Of a stretch of 64,000 nucleotides of DNA, positions 52,201 to 62,400 are shown in pieces. Source of the stretch: a virus. A program made the position numbers and the translations under genes. Each line of letters begins with the position of its first letter. Within the stretch, counting starts at the first letter, position 1. The notes beneath the pieces are model-generated. The model saw only the letters and a list, made by a program, of their open reading frames with translations, was not told the origin of the DNA and searched no databases. The DNA is taken from positions 96,001 through 160,000 of the IMG/VR virus record IMGVR_UViG_3300027896_000010; one strand, 5' to 3'.

Positions 52201-54577
52201 TGCCAACATACAAACAGCCATCTGGATAATCATATGGTGTGCCATCTGGATAATGATGTGCATGCGAAGGGTCATCATCATAACGTGGCGTATTGGCTAC
52301 AACCATGACATCTATGCCAATCTGATTACCTCCCCCTACAGGGCCAAACATATTTATCCAAGCACCTGTACCATTTACCAATGCCCAAACCCCATGGCCT
52401 CTCTCTTGAGGCTCGGCTCCTACTGTGCCTGTGCCAGCATAGAGGGTGTTATTATGTGAATTATAAACTAAATACTTCACGCATTGATTGGTGGCATTAA
52501 GCGTAGACGTCTTAGTCCAAACACCACTAACATCATTCCAGTATACAACTCCATGCCCTGAGGTTCCTGCATATAGCCTCTGCCTAGTTTCGTCCCAAGC
52601 GAGAGAATAAACCGTCTCATTATTTGTATAGACACCCGGTGTATTGGGAAGTTGAGACCATGCCGACCCATCCCATTTCCATACGCCATGGTCTTGAGTA
52701 GCGGCGAACAAAAGGTCATCGCCCTTTACATAAACAGAAAAATCATAATCAGTGCCATCATCCACTTCGACCCAATTGGGATTGTTTAACCCCAAAGTAC
52801 CATTCGAAGCATCTGGCAACACAATTCTGGCTGAGTATTGGCCATGATAAGAATCGTTGGTTTGGGCTAGCGTAGCTCCAGTGCTAGAAGTTAGTGACCA
52901 ATTATTTAAAACACTACCAGCCCATGATTCCATGTCTCCATTGGGCAATGATGTGGTCGATTCAGCAGGATGTGATTGTGTAGCCCATGATGCACCAGCA
53001 TTAGAAGTATAAAGTATCTTGCCATTAGCCCCAACGGCCCAAGCTCTTGAAGTGTCATAGGCATAAACAGCATACAAATTTTCGGTTGTCCCACTGGTTT
53101 GAGGAGACCAAGTCAGCCCTCCATCATTGCTATACAATATTCTTCCACGTTGCCCCACAGCCCATAAGACTTCAGTGGTAGGGGATGTCACTCCATACAA
53201 ATCATCGCCAACTCCACTAGCGATAATCGCCACCTCTGTTCCGTTATATCGCACAATCGTGCCAGAACCACCCACCACCACAATGATAGGGGTAACATTA
53301 TCAACTGCAGTTATGCCATAAAGGGATACTCCTGTGGGACAGTCCTTTTGGAGCCACATCAAACCACTTGCCGCACCGTTAACACCAACCTCTCCAAACA
53401 AAGAAAATCTGCTTTCAATATCTCCTTCGTGCCAATCAATCTCATTGGGCAATTGGTCGTCTTTAGACTTATAGCCCTCATGCACTTTTGACACTTCATG
53501 CGTAAGCGAACGAACAACCTTCTGCATCCCAGCTTCCGTACAGCCTTGGTTAACTGCATCGATAAAATGGATGATTCGATTACGATAGCGATTGTCTTTA
53601 TCCCTTACCTCTTCCTCGGGGGGATATGCCGACCTAGGGCTTTCATAAGAATACTTGCAAATTAACTTAGCCTTAAGAGGCATCGTGTTGGGACCGCCAG
53701 CAATTCGCAGTATCGTACCTTCACTGTAATTGATACTAAAGTCTGCGTCTGGTGGGATAACTGTCGGCCCACCCTCTTTTTCCACATATTGCGTAGGAAC
53801 CGCATGCCAGTCGAAGACGCTTACTGTGGACGGAGAAGTGAATTGGATATTACTATGAGCAAGATTATCTGGAACTGGTGGGTTGTTCACACCCAGCGTA
53901 ACAATATCACCAGATTCATATACATACTCATGGGAGGAAAGAATAGTGTCATAAATGATATTGACATACTCTGTCCGGCCTATTGAACAAGTATTGGGCT
54001 TACGTTGCATAGTGCCTGTTGGATAATCAATTAGATAGTCAACGTCTTTGATATAAATCTTGTTTGAAAGAGTCGAAGTTACCCTTTCTGAGTTTTCTTT
54101 GACGTTATCATAACGTAACTCAATTTTGCTATTGTCCCAAGGCAAAAGGCGCTTCTCAGCCACATAGCTCTCATAAGGGTTATATTCATATGTCTCATCT
54201 AGCTGGACATCATAAGCCCCGGGGTCAGTCGCACTATACTTGCCATCAAGACGATGGATGCCATACAAATCACCAAAATTGTTATCAATAGTATCGTATC
54301 TGGCAGAGTATACACAGATAGCATCTCTAGCAAAGTTTATCCATTCGAGAGTATCCATGAATGATTGGGACACTGCCTCATTGATAAAATAGATAGTCGA
54401 AGCAGTTCTCTCATAAAGAACTTCGGGGATATCGTTGAGAAGATTATTAAGAAAGTCATTTACGGTAAATAGGTCTGGTTGTCCTTCCCAGACCGTACTG
54501 CCGTCTCGAACCGCTATCGGCTCAAGAACTATCCATGCCCCACAGCGCATATGTTGCTTTGTAGTAGTGTAAGCCAT
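46274..54577 (-). CDS. 2767-aa baseplate/tail protein with beta-propellers and discoidin-like domains
   Basis: L..V.......WAVG..G.IL...GG..W propeller repeats; A.D.N..T.W.S discoidin-like starts; repeated DY.IDY..G.I; follows baseplate J. Confidence 0.8.
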   Translation of the reverse strand: MAYTTTKQHMRCGAWIVLEPIAVRDGSTVWEGQPDLFTVNDFLNNLLNDIPEVLYERTASTIYFINEAVSQSFMDTLEWINFARDAICVYSARYDTIDNNFGDLYGIHRLDGKYSATDPGAYDVQLDETYEYNPYESYVAEKRLLPWDNSKIELRYDNVKENSERVTSTLSNKIYIKDVDYLIDYPTGTMQRKPNTCSIGRTEYVNIIYDTILSSHEYVYESGDIVTLGVNNPPVPDNLAHSNIQFTSPSTVSVFDWHAVPTQYVEKEGGPTVIPPDADFSINYSEGTILRIAGGPNTMPLKAKLICKYSYESPRSAYPPEEEVRDKDNRYRNRIIHFIDAVNQGCTEAGMQKVVRSLTHEVSKVHEGYKSKDDQLPNEIDWHEGDIESRFSLFGEVGVNGAASGLMWLQKDCPTGVSLYGITAVDNVTPIIVVVGGSGTIVRYNGTEVAIIASGVGDDLYGVTSPTTEVLWAVGQRGRILYSNDGGLTWSPQTSGTTENLYAVYAYDTSRAWAVGANGKILYTSNAGASWATQSHPAESTTSLPNGDMESWAGSVLNNWSLTSSTGATLAQTNDSYHGQYSARIVLPDASNGTLGLNNPNWVEVDDGTDYDFSVYVKGDDLLFAATQDHGVWKWDGSAWSQLPNTPGVYTNNETVYSLAWDETRQRLYAGTSGHGVVYWNDVSGVWTKTSTLNATNQCVKYLVYNSHNNTLYAGTGTVGAEPQERGHGVWALVNGTGAWINMFGPVGGGNQIGIDVMVVANTPRYDDDPSHAHHYPDGTPYDYPDGCLYVGTYNVGVWMCSLSVIKPHDIADPYGWRNISTGTMKPYYGVYGMAMSGDTLYASAFESPASGHGVMETNKPWDWATQWSSTGGGTTFEKETIGCLLWDTTHNILYAGTQYHRCWHYVGGNWSVVTTGTEDGYWPTLSGNTSRDTIYGGTHTQGVYSRTGRTGSWVRIGTTPFSSYLVTEGNVLLPTNNSNISLRYHDIRTNSEKVTSASSGHVFVENVDYLIDYSAGTIRRKPSTSSIGPTERVNIVYDTIILVWSIACSMSRTLPKFAVYADFYDISKNPVTPPSQTVKASTSTAHSFTHYTGVITTPANTKYVNLRFYGENVDSVSTLRHWVEFDYAMFDVNGYMDLYSVVAMSTTNVVAVGKSGHIISTSNAGGHWDNRASGTTQTLRGVHASSASNIIAVGDGGTILYCTNSGVTWADSGLVFDDDFYGVYVLSPTTAWATGVLQQEQAPVKAGTILYYDGITWRYQKPPLLADIIYDIEGWSQEKAWACGETGLVLKFDELYKGYQGQFKTNDYPWWHYANAVPDSCDYDHASNRCYNAFDNNELLGKPITILHHDAVGEPPYQFIATHWPKRDDRKWVFYQETKEFAYLDGAHTNAIATVYSPLVNGTLVITGGASKIPYVEDTDYMVDTITGVIDSITIPITTDVNLSYTYDIADETPQIDYLRIHLNKGWRLNSPGGAFVSVYGLATDKYDDWFTEDEYLAPIHGDWEWITQAETFTMGRAIGTTTPFQYTLSNPNIKSDVDVLTGAPAYHFISLTNLDTGEVYEYSETLTNNHFHIENAEKGIISIHRANSSPIPYGTSLIVNYQYYSEIPDNKKRGAWFPVTNNPVHLANGIEESKPLYVPIRSGFYSGLMVVFHYPGDVHKGDLTIDDDIYVENIQAVKRVKTESESGMAMFSIIPDKTMRAAEVAYVNDFISRLKPSHTEHAVDNDGVTEETDILVEKIEASSEYEEQQYGSNKINRVLSCTSQYATDHAKMLTPLKVKAAASVWYTDTKSPAKTERDVVSGHAIGPDCVVGAVASSVDCWYGNPPPPGRQPYYDHPNSSAKDSNLDTFWMSVGNSGPNETWSWEWIEFTIDGHTPWGPGYDPGPTPIDRVRVHPYQGGMRMFVHIATSDKGWLGNNYCTGYLPNVRPAFPNGANLVPYVKEIWLPPNPEQTTVLLDNMYMNATRLRLTFTNLARSPWGPYYYRAGLREVWAWEEHDWTRTETVTVPGTNSRERHEDNTANNLIDGNDNTAWLSQAKHANEEVYATIYLSQHESINRIRLAVDSHHVGQSVRMVFHQGHGKTEEHTIPFLTKAIEEYPIVNNVGAEVTVHDVEYVEFFFKTAVYYKKYGGYIAKIFGITLKYLWYTYDHSPELTKDAYKSGGFWLSWLSREHTSNADYDEIHYDIREADGSPSSINSVRLYAPWAGQAYEVYLKTAYVSADETVRFPTMSGADNGLINPTTGTDGWVQLTHMEKTYYKVVEGNIAYTEASYPSINLYPGDETVVPFYSSTGGEPSPTYTGNFYMYTKSIDGLTNDYEIDYVNGMIRVRPDVPPNVASRIENGSSVIVHHLYKESQWPPRGIAEIGGMDTIDIANLPVNEGEWGFVASKINASRDETISFPTKMGVELIIRLHNPMRLPPYGMGLLRTGYKPTIKEVSFAIPGDSGRWTANLHDTNIEINTESVFKERNYEVVNDDHQTLMPITKIVYTKDIDYIIDYTKGTISLTPDSAILNLEAPYRVSVQYGKPYTDKAPEPDIGLSSFNSVRPGFFFGLYEVQANYITSVKNWSPTMALDKQSSTYWKSAESIVPMTMLSGTLENPDIATAIREEWLLLTLAPIDGELPVVDKLMIMSDTNSYKFYVESSKTGMSDDYVRLPVQQIDIGGGSYIDESDPYDNDVILRTGTYHFPRTRMKCLRVVFKAFALSKTHLDKYYVAVREISPFGTKPAGRDIESWREVFPNTLFIDETRTTFHYDSDNQSIEAGPTL

Positions 54578-54596
54578 CTAATTCTAAGCTCCCTGC

Positions 54597-56111
54597 CTAG
54601 GTCTGCGCGTCATATACAATTTTGTTATCAAATGCTAGAGTTCCGATTGTAACTGCTGTCACGCTGTCAAATTGGATATCTCGTGTATGGGTTCCGACTA
54701 TAACTCCAGCCTCATTTTTGATTGCGATGCTATTAATCAAGAGATTATCTACGCCAGCAACTTTCGTCCTTACATCACTTGTTATATCTGAAAACTCAAG
54801 CTTCGACCCCAAATCGTAATTGTTCGAAACATAACCAGTGATATCAGACACAATAAAGTTCTTGGTATCAGTCCAATCGTATCCAGCATTCGCAATGAAA
54901 CTGATATTGAAATTAAGTTCTTGCACTTCTGATTTCCTTACGATGGCATCAGCGGTAACACATTTCGTTAAGTCCACTTGAGCTTGACCATCCTCAACAA
55001 CTTTGTCATATGAAAAATCTTCTACTCTAAACACATAATTATCGGGTGGTCTTTCAGCCGTTCTCGTCCCTGCAGTCAACCCAGCCCCTCCCCAGCCAGT
55101 AGCAGTTGTCAACCACAGCAACCCATCAGAGCCATAAATCGAATTCTCTAGATTATTGCAAGCAATTTTTGGCCCTCGATACATAGCAAAGTCCTGACTG
55201 CCATACAGTATCGGTTCTGTACCACCATAATATGTCCCCAAGACTGCCCAATCACTTCCTGACCCTACTAGCGCATTAATAGTAGTAGGTAATTCAGTAA
55301 CTGGTTGCTTGGAAAGAGAATACGATAGATATGGGTCTTCCATAGCAATATAATCACTATATATCTGCACGTTCGCGCCCTTAACAATAATATCCACTGT
55401 TCCCGGCCCTCTAGAATAAGGGTCACCATCTTCAGGCTTAATAACCTTTGCGGAATCTGTTCCTATCTGCGCCAGTACGGCTCCTAGATAACCAGCTTCT
55501 GTGCCAGCACTGTTTTGGAAAATGGTTGACCTAATACGCTGATAAAATGCTCGGTCTGTTTCAACATCTATACCGCCCGTCATCGCCATAACATTATCTA
55601 CAGACGAAACCATATACAAACTTGATGTCAAATTGATTACCTGATGTTCTCCTATGTTCCCAGCCGCTCCAGCAACAGTACATCTGACTGGGGCATCCAC
55701 CTGCATAGAACCCTTGGACATTACCGCCTTCGAAGTAGTCTCATAGTCTATCGCTGGAACATTGAAGGCTCTAGGAGTACTAACTACAGTACCAATAGGA
55801 ATAACAACATCTTCTCCTACCACAGAGCTACTAAAAAATGTTACTGTTCCTGTGGCAGGAACCGCTTTATTTCTCGTCATGCCAACGTTTGCTGCTAAGG
55901 CATCAAGATACTTCCCTTGAGCGGTCAACATGCTCTGATTCTGCATCACGAAATCTATCAGATAATACAGTCGCTCTAGCTCAGAAGCTTGAGGCTCAAC
56001 AAAGCAAGTAGCCCAAGGAGACCCCTCTTTAGTATCAAGATAAGGAGCGGTATTCAAAATGTAATTTTTTAGAGAATCTACTATCTCAAGAAAACCCTTG
56101 TTTAAAGCCAC
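54597..56111 (-). CDS. baseplate J/gp47-family protein
   Basis: AQGKYLDALAANVGMTR..A..ATG.VTF, GAAGN, GG.D.ETD..F..RI, GPGTVDI. Confidence 0.9.
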   Translation of the reverse strand: MALNKGFLEIVDSLKNYILNTAPYLDTKEGSPWATCFVEPQASELERLYYLIDFVMQNQSMLTAQGKYLDALAANVGMTRNKAVPATGTVTFFSSSVVGEDVVIPIGTVVSTPRAFNVPAIDYETTSKAVMSKGSMQVDAPVRCTVAGAAGNIGEHQVINLTSSLYMVSSVDNVMAMTGGIDVETDRAFYQRIRSTIFQNSAGTEAGYLGAVLAQIGTDSAKVIKPEDGDPYSRGPGTVDIIVKGANVQIYSDYIAMEDPYLSYSLSKQPVTELPTTINALVGSGSDWAVLGTYYGGTEPILYGSQDFAMYRGPKIACNNLENSIYGSDGLLWLTTATGWGGAGLTAGTRTAERPPDNYVFRVEDFSYDKVVEDGQAQVDLTKCVTADAIVRKSEVQELNFNISFIANAGYDWTDTKNFIVSDITGYVSNNYDLGSKLEFSDITSDVRTKVAGVDNLLINSIAIKNEAGVIVGTHTRDIQFDSVTAVTIGTLAFDNKIVYDAQT

Positions 56112-56127
56112 TTTAGAACTCCTTTAC

Positions 56128-56976
56128 TTATACTGGTAATGTGGTCACCGTGAACACAACCGCAATATCAATCGCGCCACTATCTGATATCTCAGTCAAC
56201 TCTGCTCCTATATACTGGCCTTCAGTGACAACCTCTGGTGAACTGGGAGTCCAATCATCAACCACATACGAACCAGCACTCAAAGTCAGAGTCGTAAAGA
56301 CCTCGTCCCATCCTGCGCCCTTAGTGCCATCTGAATCCCTGAACACAGCTATATCCACATGGTCAATTGTTGGCGTGGCTCCTACTGAAACCTGATAAGC
56401 AAATGCCTGTATATTTTGGATTATGAACCCACCAAATCCCAAAGGAAGGAAGAACGCTTTCATCCTGCCAGTGTCAGAAAACGAAGGGGTGTCAAACGAC
56501 AATGTGATGTATTGCACATTGGCAATCGTATCTAAGACATCTACACCATTAATCTGAAAGGCTCCTGTAGCTGATACGTTTACCGTGCCATCTTGCACGA
56601 CAGAGACCGCATTTGTACCAGTATAACTATTGACCAGAAGTATAGGGGTAGTACCCATTGAGGCCGCTGGCTGTAAGGTTTCTGTGTAAGCGTCGATATT
56701 ACCTACGACAGTAATCTCAGTTATGGCCCTTGAACCATCTACCAGAACATATTGAGGGTGGTCATCAACAGTCAAATCGCTCAAATTATGATGGTCAAGC
56801 ACAGGGGCATCATTCGATGTCCCTGTATGCTTGTGACCAGCAGTAGAATCAAATTGGCCCTGTAACAGTCTTACATTGTTGTCAATAGTTTGTGTGAAAC
56901 TATTGAAATAAGAGAAATTATTCTGCAATTTTTCAGCAACGACTTCTGTTCCCGGTTCGATATCATCAATAGCCAT
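56128..56976 (-). CDS. virion structural protein (baseplate/fibre associated)
   Basis: Position; GHKHTG...DDHPQY motif seen in tail proteins. Confidence 0.65.
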   Translation of the reverse strand: MAIDDIEPGTEVVAEKLQNNFSYFNSFTQTIDNNVRLLQGQFDSTAGHKHTGTSNDAPVLDHHNLSDLTVDDHPQYVLVDGSRAITEITVVGNIDAYTETLQPAASMGTTPILLVNSYTGTNAVSVVQDGTVNVSATGAFQINGVDVLDTIANVQYITLSFDTPSFSDTGRMKAFFLPLGFGGFIIQNIQAFAYQVSVGATPTIDHVDIAVFRDSDGTKGAGWDEVFTTLTLSAGSYVVDDWTPSSPEVVTEGQYIGAELTEISDSGAIDIAVVFTVTTLPV

Positions 56977-56987
56977 AATATTCTCCC

Positions 56988-57554
56988 CTATCTATAGACA
57001 ACTCCACTGTTATATGGAACTCCAGTATTATATCGAGCAAACCTCATATTATCGACGCCAGATTGCATTACGGGGCCGCGTGGCACTAAATACACATTGA
57101 ATGGAACGATTACCTCTTCATAAGCTTCAGTGACAACTGCAATCCTTATCCTGACCCTATCAGGCAAGGGGAAATCAATAGCTATAGAAGTCATTTGTTC
57201 ATACTCTTGCACATTTGATGCTCTGAATATATGTCGAGAATTAAGCTCCATGATAACCTCGGCACCAACTATAGATTGATATCTTTTTTGCTTGGTCTGG
57301 ATATTCTTAAAATACGCTAGAGCCTCTACAACTGCTCTTTGTAAATTAACAGCAGTTAGCTTTTGGCTAATAGGGAATCCAATTCGCAGAGGAACATCAC
57401 AACCATAATTAGGATGAAACACATTATCTCCCCTTGGGGTCAAGATTATATGACTCAAATCCTGTATAAGCTTCTGCTTGTCCTCTATGAAATGTGGCCT
57501 CTTATCTGCATCTATGACAAAATCACCATCTAATATTTGAGGGGTCACCGACAT
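56988..57554 (-). CDS. gp25/GPW-like baseplate wedge protein
   Basis: DLSHIILTPRGDNVFHPNYGC. Confidence 0.8.
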   Translation of the reverse strand: MSVTPQILDGDFVIDADKRPHFIEDKQKLIQDLSHIILTPRGDNVFHPNYGCDVPLRIGFPISQKLTAVNLQRAVVEALAYFKNIQTKQKRYQSIVGAEVIMELNSRHIFRASNVQEYEQMTSIAIDFPLPDRVRIRIAVVTEAYEEVIVPFNVYLVPRGPVMQSGVDNMRFARYNTGVPYNSGVVYR

Positions 57555-57569
57555 AATTTTCTCCTTACT

Positions 57570-58712
57570 TTACCCCAACATCGAAATAAGAACGCCCTCT
57601 TTTAACATCCCGCTTATCTCTTTCAATGCTTCTTGACCAATAAACACACCTAAGTTCGTTCCAGCACCTGAGTCTGACTCATAACCAACCGCCCAGCCTC
57701 TCTTCTCAGATAACACTGATATCGCCATCATGTTATCTATTATCGTCGGCGGTATTCCACTCCACATGTCAAAAGATACATACTCCACACGCCAATATGC
57801 AGTACCACTTTCCCATCGGTTAAATCTTAATAGGAAATTGATTCCTACCGCCCAAAGGTCATTATTCGATATGGCTGATATATCACCAATTGCACTATAT
57901 GGCAGAGGATACCATCCCTCTGGGTAGCCATGACCAGCGGGTATCCATAGTTCCATAACCATAGGGGTTAAGACCCAAGAATTACCGTCATAGTACAAAA
58001 TTTCACTACTACCAACGCTATAGCCACCAGCCCAAACGTGGGTCGCATCCGTGGCGCATATCGTAAAAAGTGCATTGCTCCCTGTGTGAGGGTTCAGATA
58101 CTGCACACTCCATGTCGCCCCATCCCAATGATAAATATGTCCACTACCAGATGTAGCCCACGCTGAAGTGGGAGACAGAGCTGAGATTTGCGTGATGTTG
58201 CTACTGCCATACATCCCGACAGTCCCATAAAATTGCTTAGTCCAAGCATCCCCATCCCAGAAGTAAATAACATCATGGATATCCCCCCATATGCTGGTGG
58301 TCTGCTGCCCACCTGCCCATATACAATGGTCATTTAAAGCACACACACAATAGAAGCCAAGACCGTCATTGATGGGGTCAGCTATTACATGGGACTGTAC
58401 CCAATGTGTTCCACCGTTATAAAGTACCAAACCAATACTTGTTTCATAGCCCAAATCGTGCCTAGATGGGTCAATCGCTTGCCCTACAATCCAACCATTC
58501 TTCTCTACGCCAGCATCCACATACATTAATTCCGAATGAACTTGGTCATAATCAGCCGGTAGGGCTTCCGAAATCCAATCGTTTTTCTTATATCTTGCTA
58601 TGACATCTCCTGTGGAGGTCTGGCCTACCGCCCATGCCTGAGTATCGCTGACCGTTACAACAGACCGCAAGTTGGCAAATTCGCTCCAAAGCTTTATGAC
58701 CTGCCAGTCCAT
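57570..58712 (-). CDS. beta-propeller virion protein
   Basis: Repeated I.A.S....WAVG...I..WDG..W. Confidence 0.7.
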   Translation of the reverse strand: MDWQVIKLWSEFANLRSVVTVSDTQAWAVGQTSTGDVIARYKKNDWISEALPADYDQVHSELMYVDAGVEKNGWIVGQAIDPSRHDLGYETSIGLVLYNGGTHWVQSHVIADPINDGLGFYCVCALNDHCIWAGGQQTTSIWGDIHDVIYFWDGDAWTKQFYGTVGMYGSSNITQISALSPTSAWATSGSGHIYHWDGATWSVQYLNPHTGSNALFTICATDATHVWAGGYSVGSSEILYYDGNSWVLTPMVMELWIPAGHGYPEGWYPLPYSAIGDISAISNNDLWAVGINFLLRFNRWESGTAYWRVEYVSFDMWSGIPPTIIDNMMAISVLSEKRGWAVGYESDSGAGTNLGVFIGQEALKEISGMLKEGVLISMLG

Positions 58713-58716
58713 GTCA

Positions 58717-59466
58717 TCACCGCACGAAATCGAGGTCTACCATAATCAGTTTCCCAGCCGCTGTCTTTGGAGTTAGCTCTACTCTTACCTTCTTGCCAGC
58801 AAACAGATAAATAGGCTTCTGGAATCTAATATTCTCTGGAACGTTCTTGAGGCATGAGTCTTTGACTACCTGTAGCTCATCATCGTCACCACTATTAATC
58901 CAAGCCGACCACTTATCTCCAGCTTCAAACGTTACCTCACCTATGATGATATTAAAGAGATAAGCATCATCAGTTAGGGCATCAGAAGTTATCGTGATTT
59001 TGCTATTAGCCAATGCATCTTCACTATACCCATCTCTATAACTCTCGCCACCCGTTATTGGAAAGTAATCTTCCATAAGCCCTAAAATTTCGCCTCCCGG
59101 CATAAAATAAATATTCCCTTCAGGGGCTATCAGCAAATCGCCGTCATTCATCCACTCGAACATATCCTGACCATCTTTGGCTACTTGACCGACTGCCCAG
59201 AGATTATCTCCTGTGCGTACGCCTATCATCTTGGCACCATGAGTTGGTCTGTAATAAATACCACCAGAACCAGCAAGCCTTAGTTCAGTAGTACCTATCG
59301 TCGAGCTTGGTAATCCCTTGGCATAAGGATATTGAACGTTACTATCTTGAGGGACTATCTCATTGATATGAACAATTTGAGCGCCACCACTTCGGATACC
59401 TCTCTGGTCTATCTGTTGCCGTCTTAGCATATCGGTTTTTCTTTTAGCATCATGTGGTGAGAGCAT
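58717..59466 (-). CDS. putative baseplate spike/assembly protein
   Basis: Position after hub; short beta repeats. Confidence 0.55.
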   Translation of the reverse strand: MLSPHDAKRKTDMLRRQQIDQRGIRSGGAQIVHINEIVPQDSNVQYPYAKGLPSSTIGTTELRLAGSGGIYYRPTHGAKMIGVRTGDNLWAVGQVAKDGQDMFEWMNDGDLLIAPEGNIYFMPGGEILGLMEDYFPITGGESYRDGYSEDALANSKITITSDALTDDAYLFNIIIGEVTFEAGDKWSAWINSGDDDELQVVKDSCLKNVPENIRFQKPIYLFAGKKVRVELTPKTAAGKLIMVDLDFVR

Positions 59467-59483
59467 TTATTCTCCTACCCAAA

Positions 59484-62400
59484 TTAATACAAATGTGGTA
59501 ATGCTTCCGAAACGCCACTAACTCTGCTATCCACCCATTCTTGCATGGACTGGTCGCTCCCCTTTTTTGGCATTCCTCGAATTATATTCCACTCTGCCTT
59601 GGCTGTGTCATCTGCTTGCCATGCGGCTTCCATATCTGATTGTGCGCTACTAACCTGCTTATTTCGTGCCGTATTCAACCACGCACGAAGGCTCCCTAAT
59701 TCATCTGGGCTAATACCTGCAACAAGTGTTAGCGTTGTTGAATTCTGGGCATCAATCCCGAACTGGTGCTGTATCCCAGTTATCGTGAACATCATGTTCT
59801 TACTTTCCACAAAAACTTGGTCAAAGAATTCTGGCCCGGGCATTAATATCGTCGTGCATTGCGCTGTGCATCGCATACGGTTTGCCTCTACAAATTTATA
59901 CATAGCATATCTAGCACATTGCTGGCGATTATGTAAGAACTTGTTGTCATAAATAGTTTTTCTTATCCCGAATTTATTACATATTTCTCGTGGGCTTGCT
60001 CCCTTGTTCCATGCAAAGACGGTGGCGTTCATGTCCTCCACAGTACACTGCCCAGTTTCCATAGCATCAGGAGTAAATGGCGTATCATCAACTGCCCAAT
60101 CCCAGTTGATATCTCCAACCACAAAAGCATGGGTCACCATATCTCTATCGGTTTTCATTAAAGTACAGTCAAGAGTCATCTCTTTAGGGATATAGAATTT
60201 GGGGTTCGAAAAATATCTGGGGTGTCTCGCTATGAACCTGCCCATCCCATCGGCCCAGAAATGATAGCCACCATAGTCGATAGATTCTTTCATCAAATCA
60301 ATAATCTTTACCTCATCAAAGAATGGCAATTTCATGGCCTTAGAGAACTGCCTATTTTCTGTCTTAGTAATCCATTCTTGAGCGAAGATATAGGGACTGA
60401 ATTCCATATCAGAATAAGTAAGGTCGCCCTTGCCAGAAGTTTGAGCCTGTTGCAAAAGTAACCCGGGGTCTTCGAATTTCCCAGTGAGACCATAGGGACT
60501 AAAACGGAATGATAATCTAGGAGACTGAGTGTTTTCGTCTACCCCAGAAGCGCCTATCGTGCCTATCGTATCACCGGGCTTAACCTTGCTACCTGACTTA
60601 ACCGCTAAGTCGCCTTTGTCTTCACCAAGATGGGAATAAAAGAAATAGCATTTCATAGCAGAAGTAGAAGGAGCACCCGTATCCCCTGTGATGCCATTCT
60701 CACTTCTCCATTTTGCAGTAGTTGCATCCGTATAATCCTTCTCTTGGGGATACTTATCTTTCAATTCATCATGATGGTCCCAGTAATATTGACGGGCATT
60801 TTGTTCAATTGAAACCTGCTGTTGGGTCTGAGACACTTGGTCATCAGCTTCAATAATAACTCTACGTCCGATGCCAGCCTGTACTTTCGAAAGGTCGGCT
60901 GACACAACAGTCCCATAACAACATGACACGGCTAGCCATCCATCATAAAGACATTCCGTTTTGTCCTTATATGCTATCTTGGTGTCCAAAGCGCAATCAT
61001 TACCCTTTTTACTCAAATAATCTAACTGCTTATTGGTCAGTTGACTATTTAAGTTATCTTTTAGGTTTTGAGCCGCTTGGGCTTCACTTTGCTGTTGAGG
61101 AGTCTGTAATGCTACAATACCATCCGTAATATCTACAGTCTCAGTTCCCACAACCTGTTTTACAGCATTAACCCAACTCTTGCCCTTCGCCATGGCGTCA
61201 TCTATCTTCTTATTAATGGTATCTTTTTCTTCTTGAGACATTGTTAAATTCCCTTTACGAGTAGGAATAAAAGTCACTTCGTCTTTTTCATTGTCTATCA
61301 TTAAATCCTTATAGAAATCTGAATGCCCTACTCTCACAATTGGATAGACCATGTCTGGTCTTACGAACTTGCTATTTTCAAGATTCTGCTTAATCTTTTT
61401 CATCTTAGCTACGGCATCCCCAAACTCTCCACCTAAGACATTCTTATCTAACCATTGTGCTAAGGTATTAGCATCGGTTTTCCCATCCAAAAGCTTTTTC
61501 TGTAAAGCCTCTATTAATGCCATAGATTCTTTTTTAGCTGTGCTTGCATCACTATTAGAAAAGATAGACTGGAGGTCATGCAGGATGAATAATCCTGTGC
61601 CAAAATTCCACAGCTTAGTAAAATTCGATTCATTATAACCCATCTTGTCTCTCAAATTTTGTACTGCGTCAGGATGGTCAAAAAGATTCTCGGTTGGAGG
61701 ATAGCCATTATCATGCTTAAATTGCTCTTCTGCCTTCTGCTGAGACATTCCGTCAACTAGGACATATGTAGCCATTTGATAGGCTTGTAGATTTTGAGCC
61801 GCTTCACGAACACTATCGTCTACTGAGGATGTGTCCTTTCCGGTTACTCCCGCTGCGGCTTGTGCAACTACGGCTTTATCCCCAGCAACATTGTCAGGGT
61901 TCTCAATATAATCAGCTACAGCTTTTGCAATATCACTGGCACCATACTTGCCATCTACACCCTCTGGGGTAACTGGTTGCCATTCATCCCATCTACCCGG
62001 GAATCCCTCCATATCTTCCATAGGCTCGACTTGAACATCTTGTGGCAGAAACCCAGCTTTCTTGGCGAAGAATTCTATGTATTTATTGACAGGTTCAAAT
62101 GACGTTACCGTTTTAAGTAGTGTCTCGTCACCCGGAGAAACTGTATAAACCTGAAACCGTTTGGCTACGTCATAGCATTGGAATATTAATTCGCCACCCT
62201 GCATTATCGGGTCTTTATCAGAAATGTCCTGAATGAACCCTGTAAACACCTGTTTGAAGTCTCCTACTGCCCCCTTCAGGAAGACAGCCACCATGTCCAT
62301 AGCTTCAAAAGCATTGCTAAAAACATAACCAGTATTGTTAAGGGTGAAAGTCAAACTAGCCGCCCCATCCTCTTCCTTATTCAGGGTTCCCATGCCTGTC

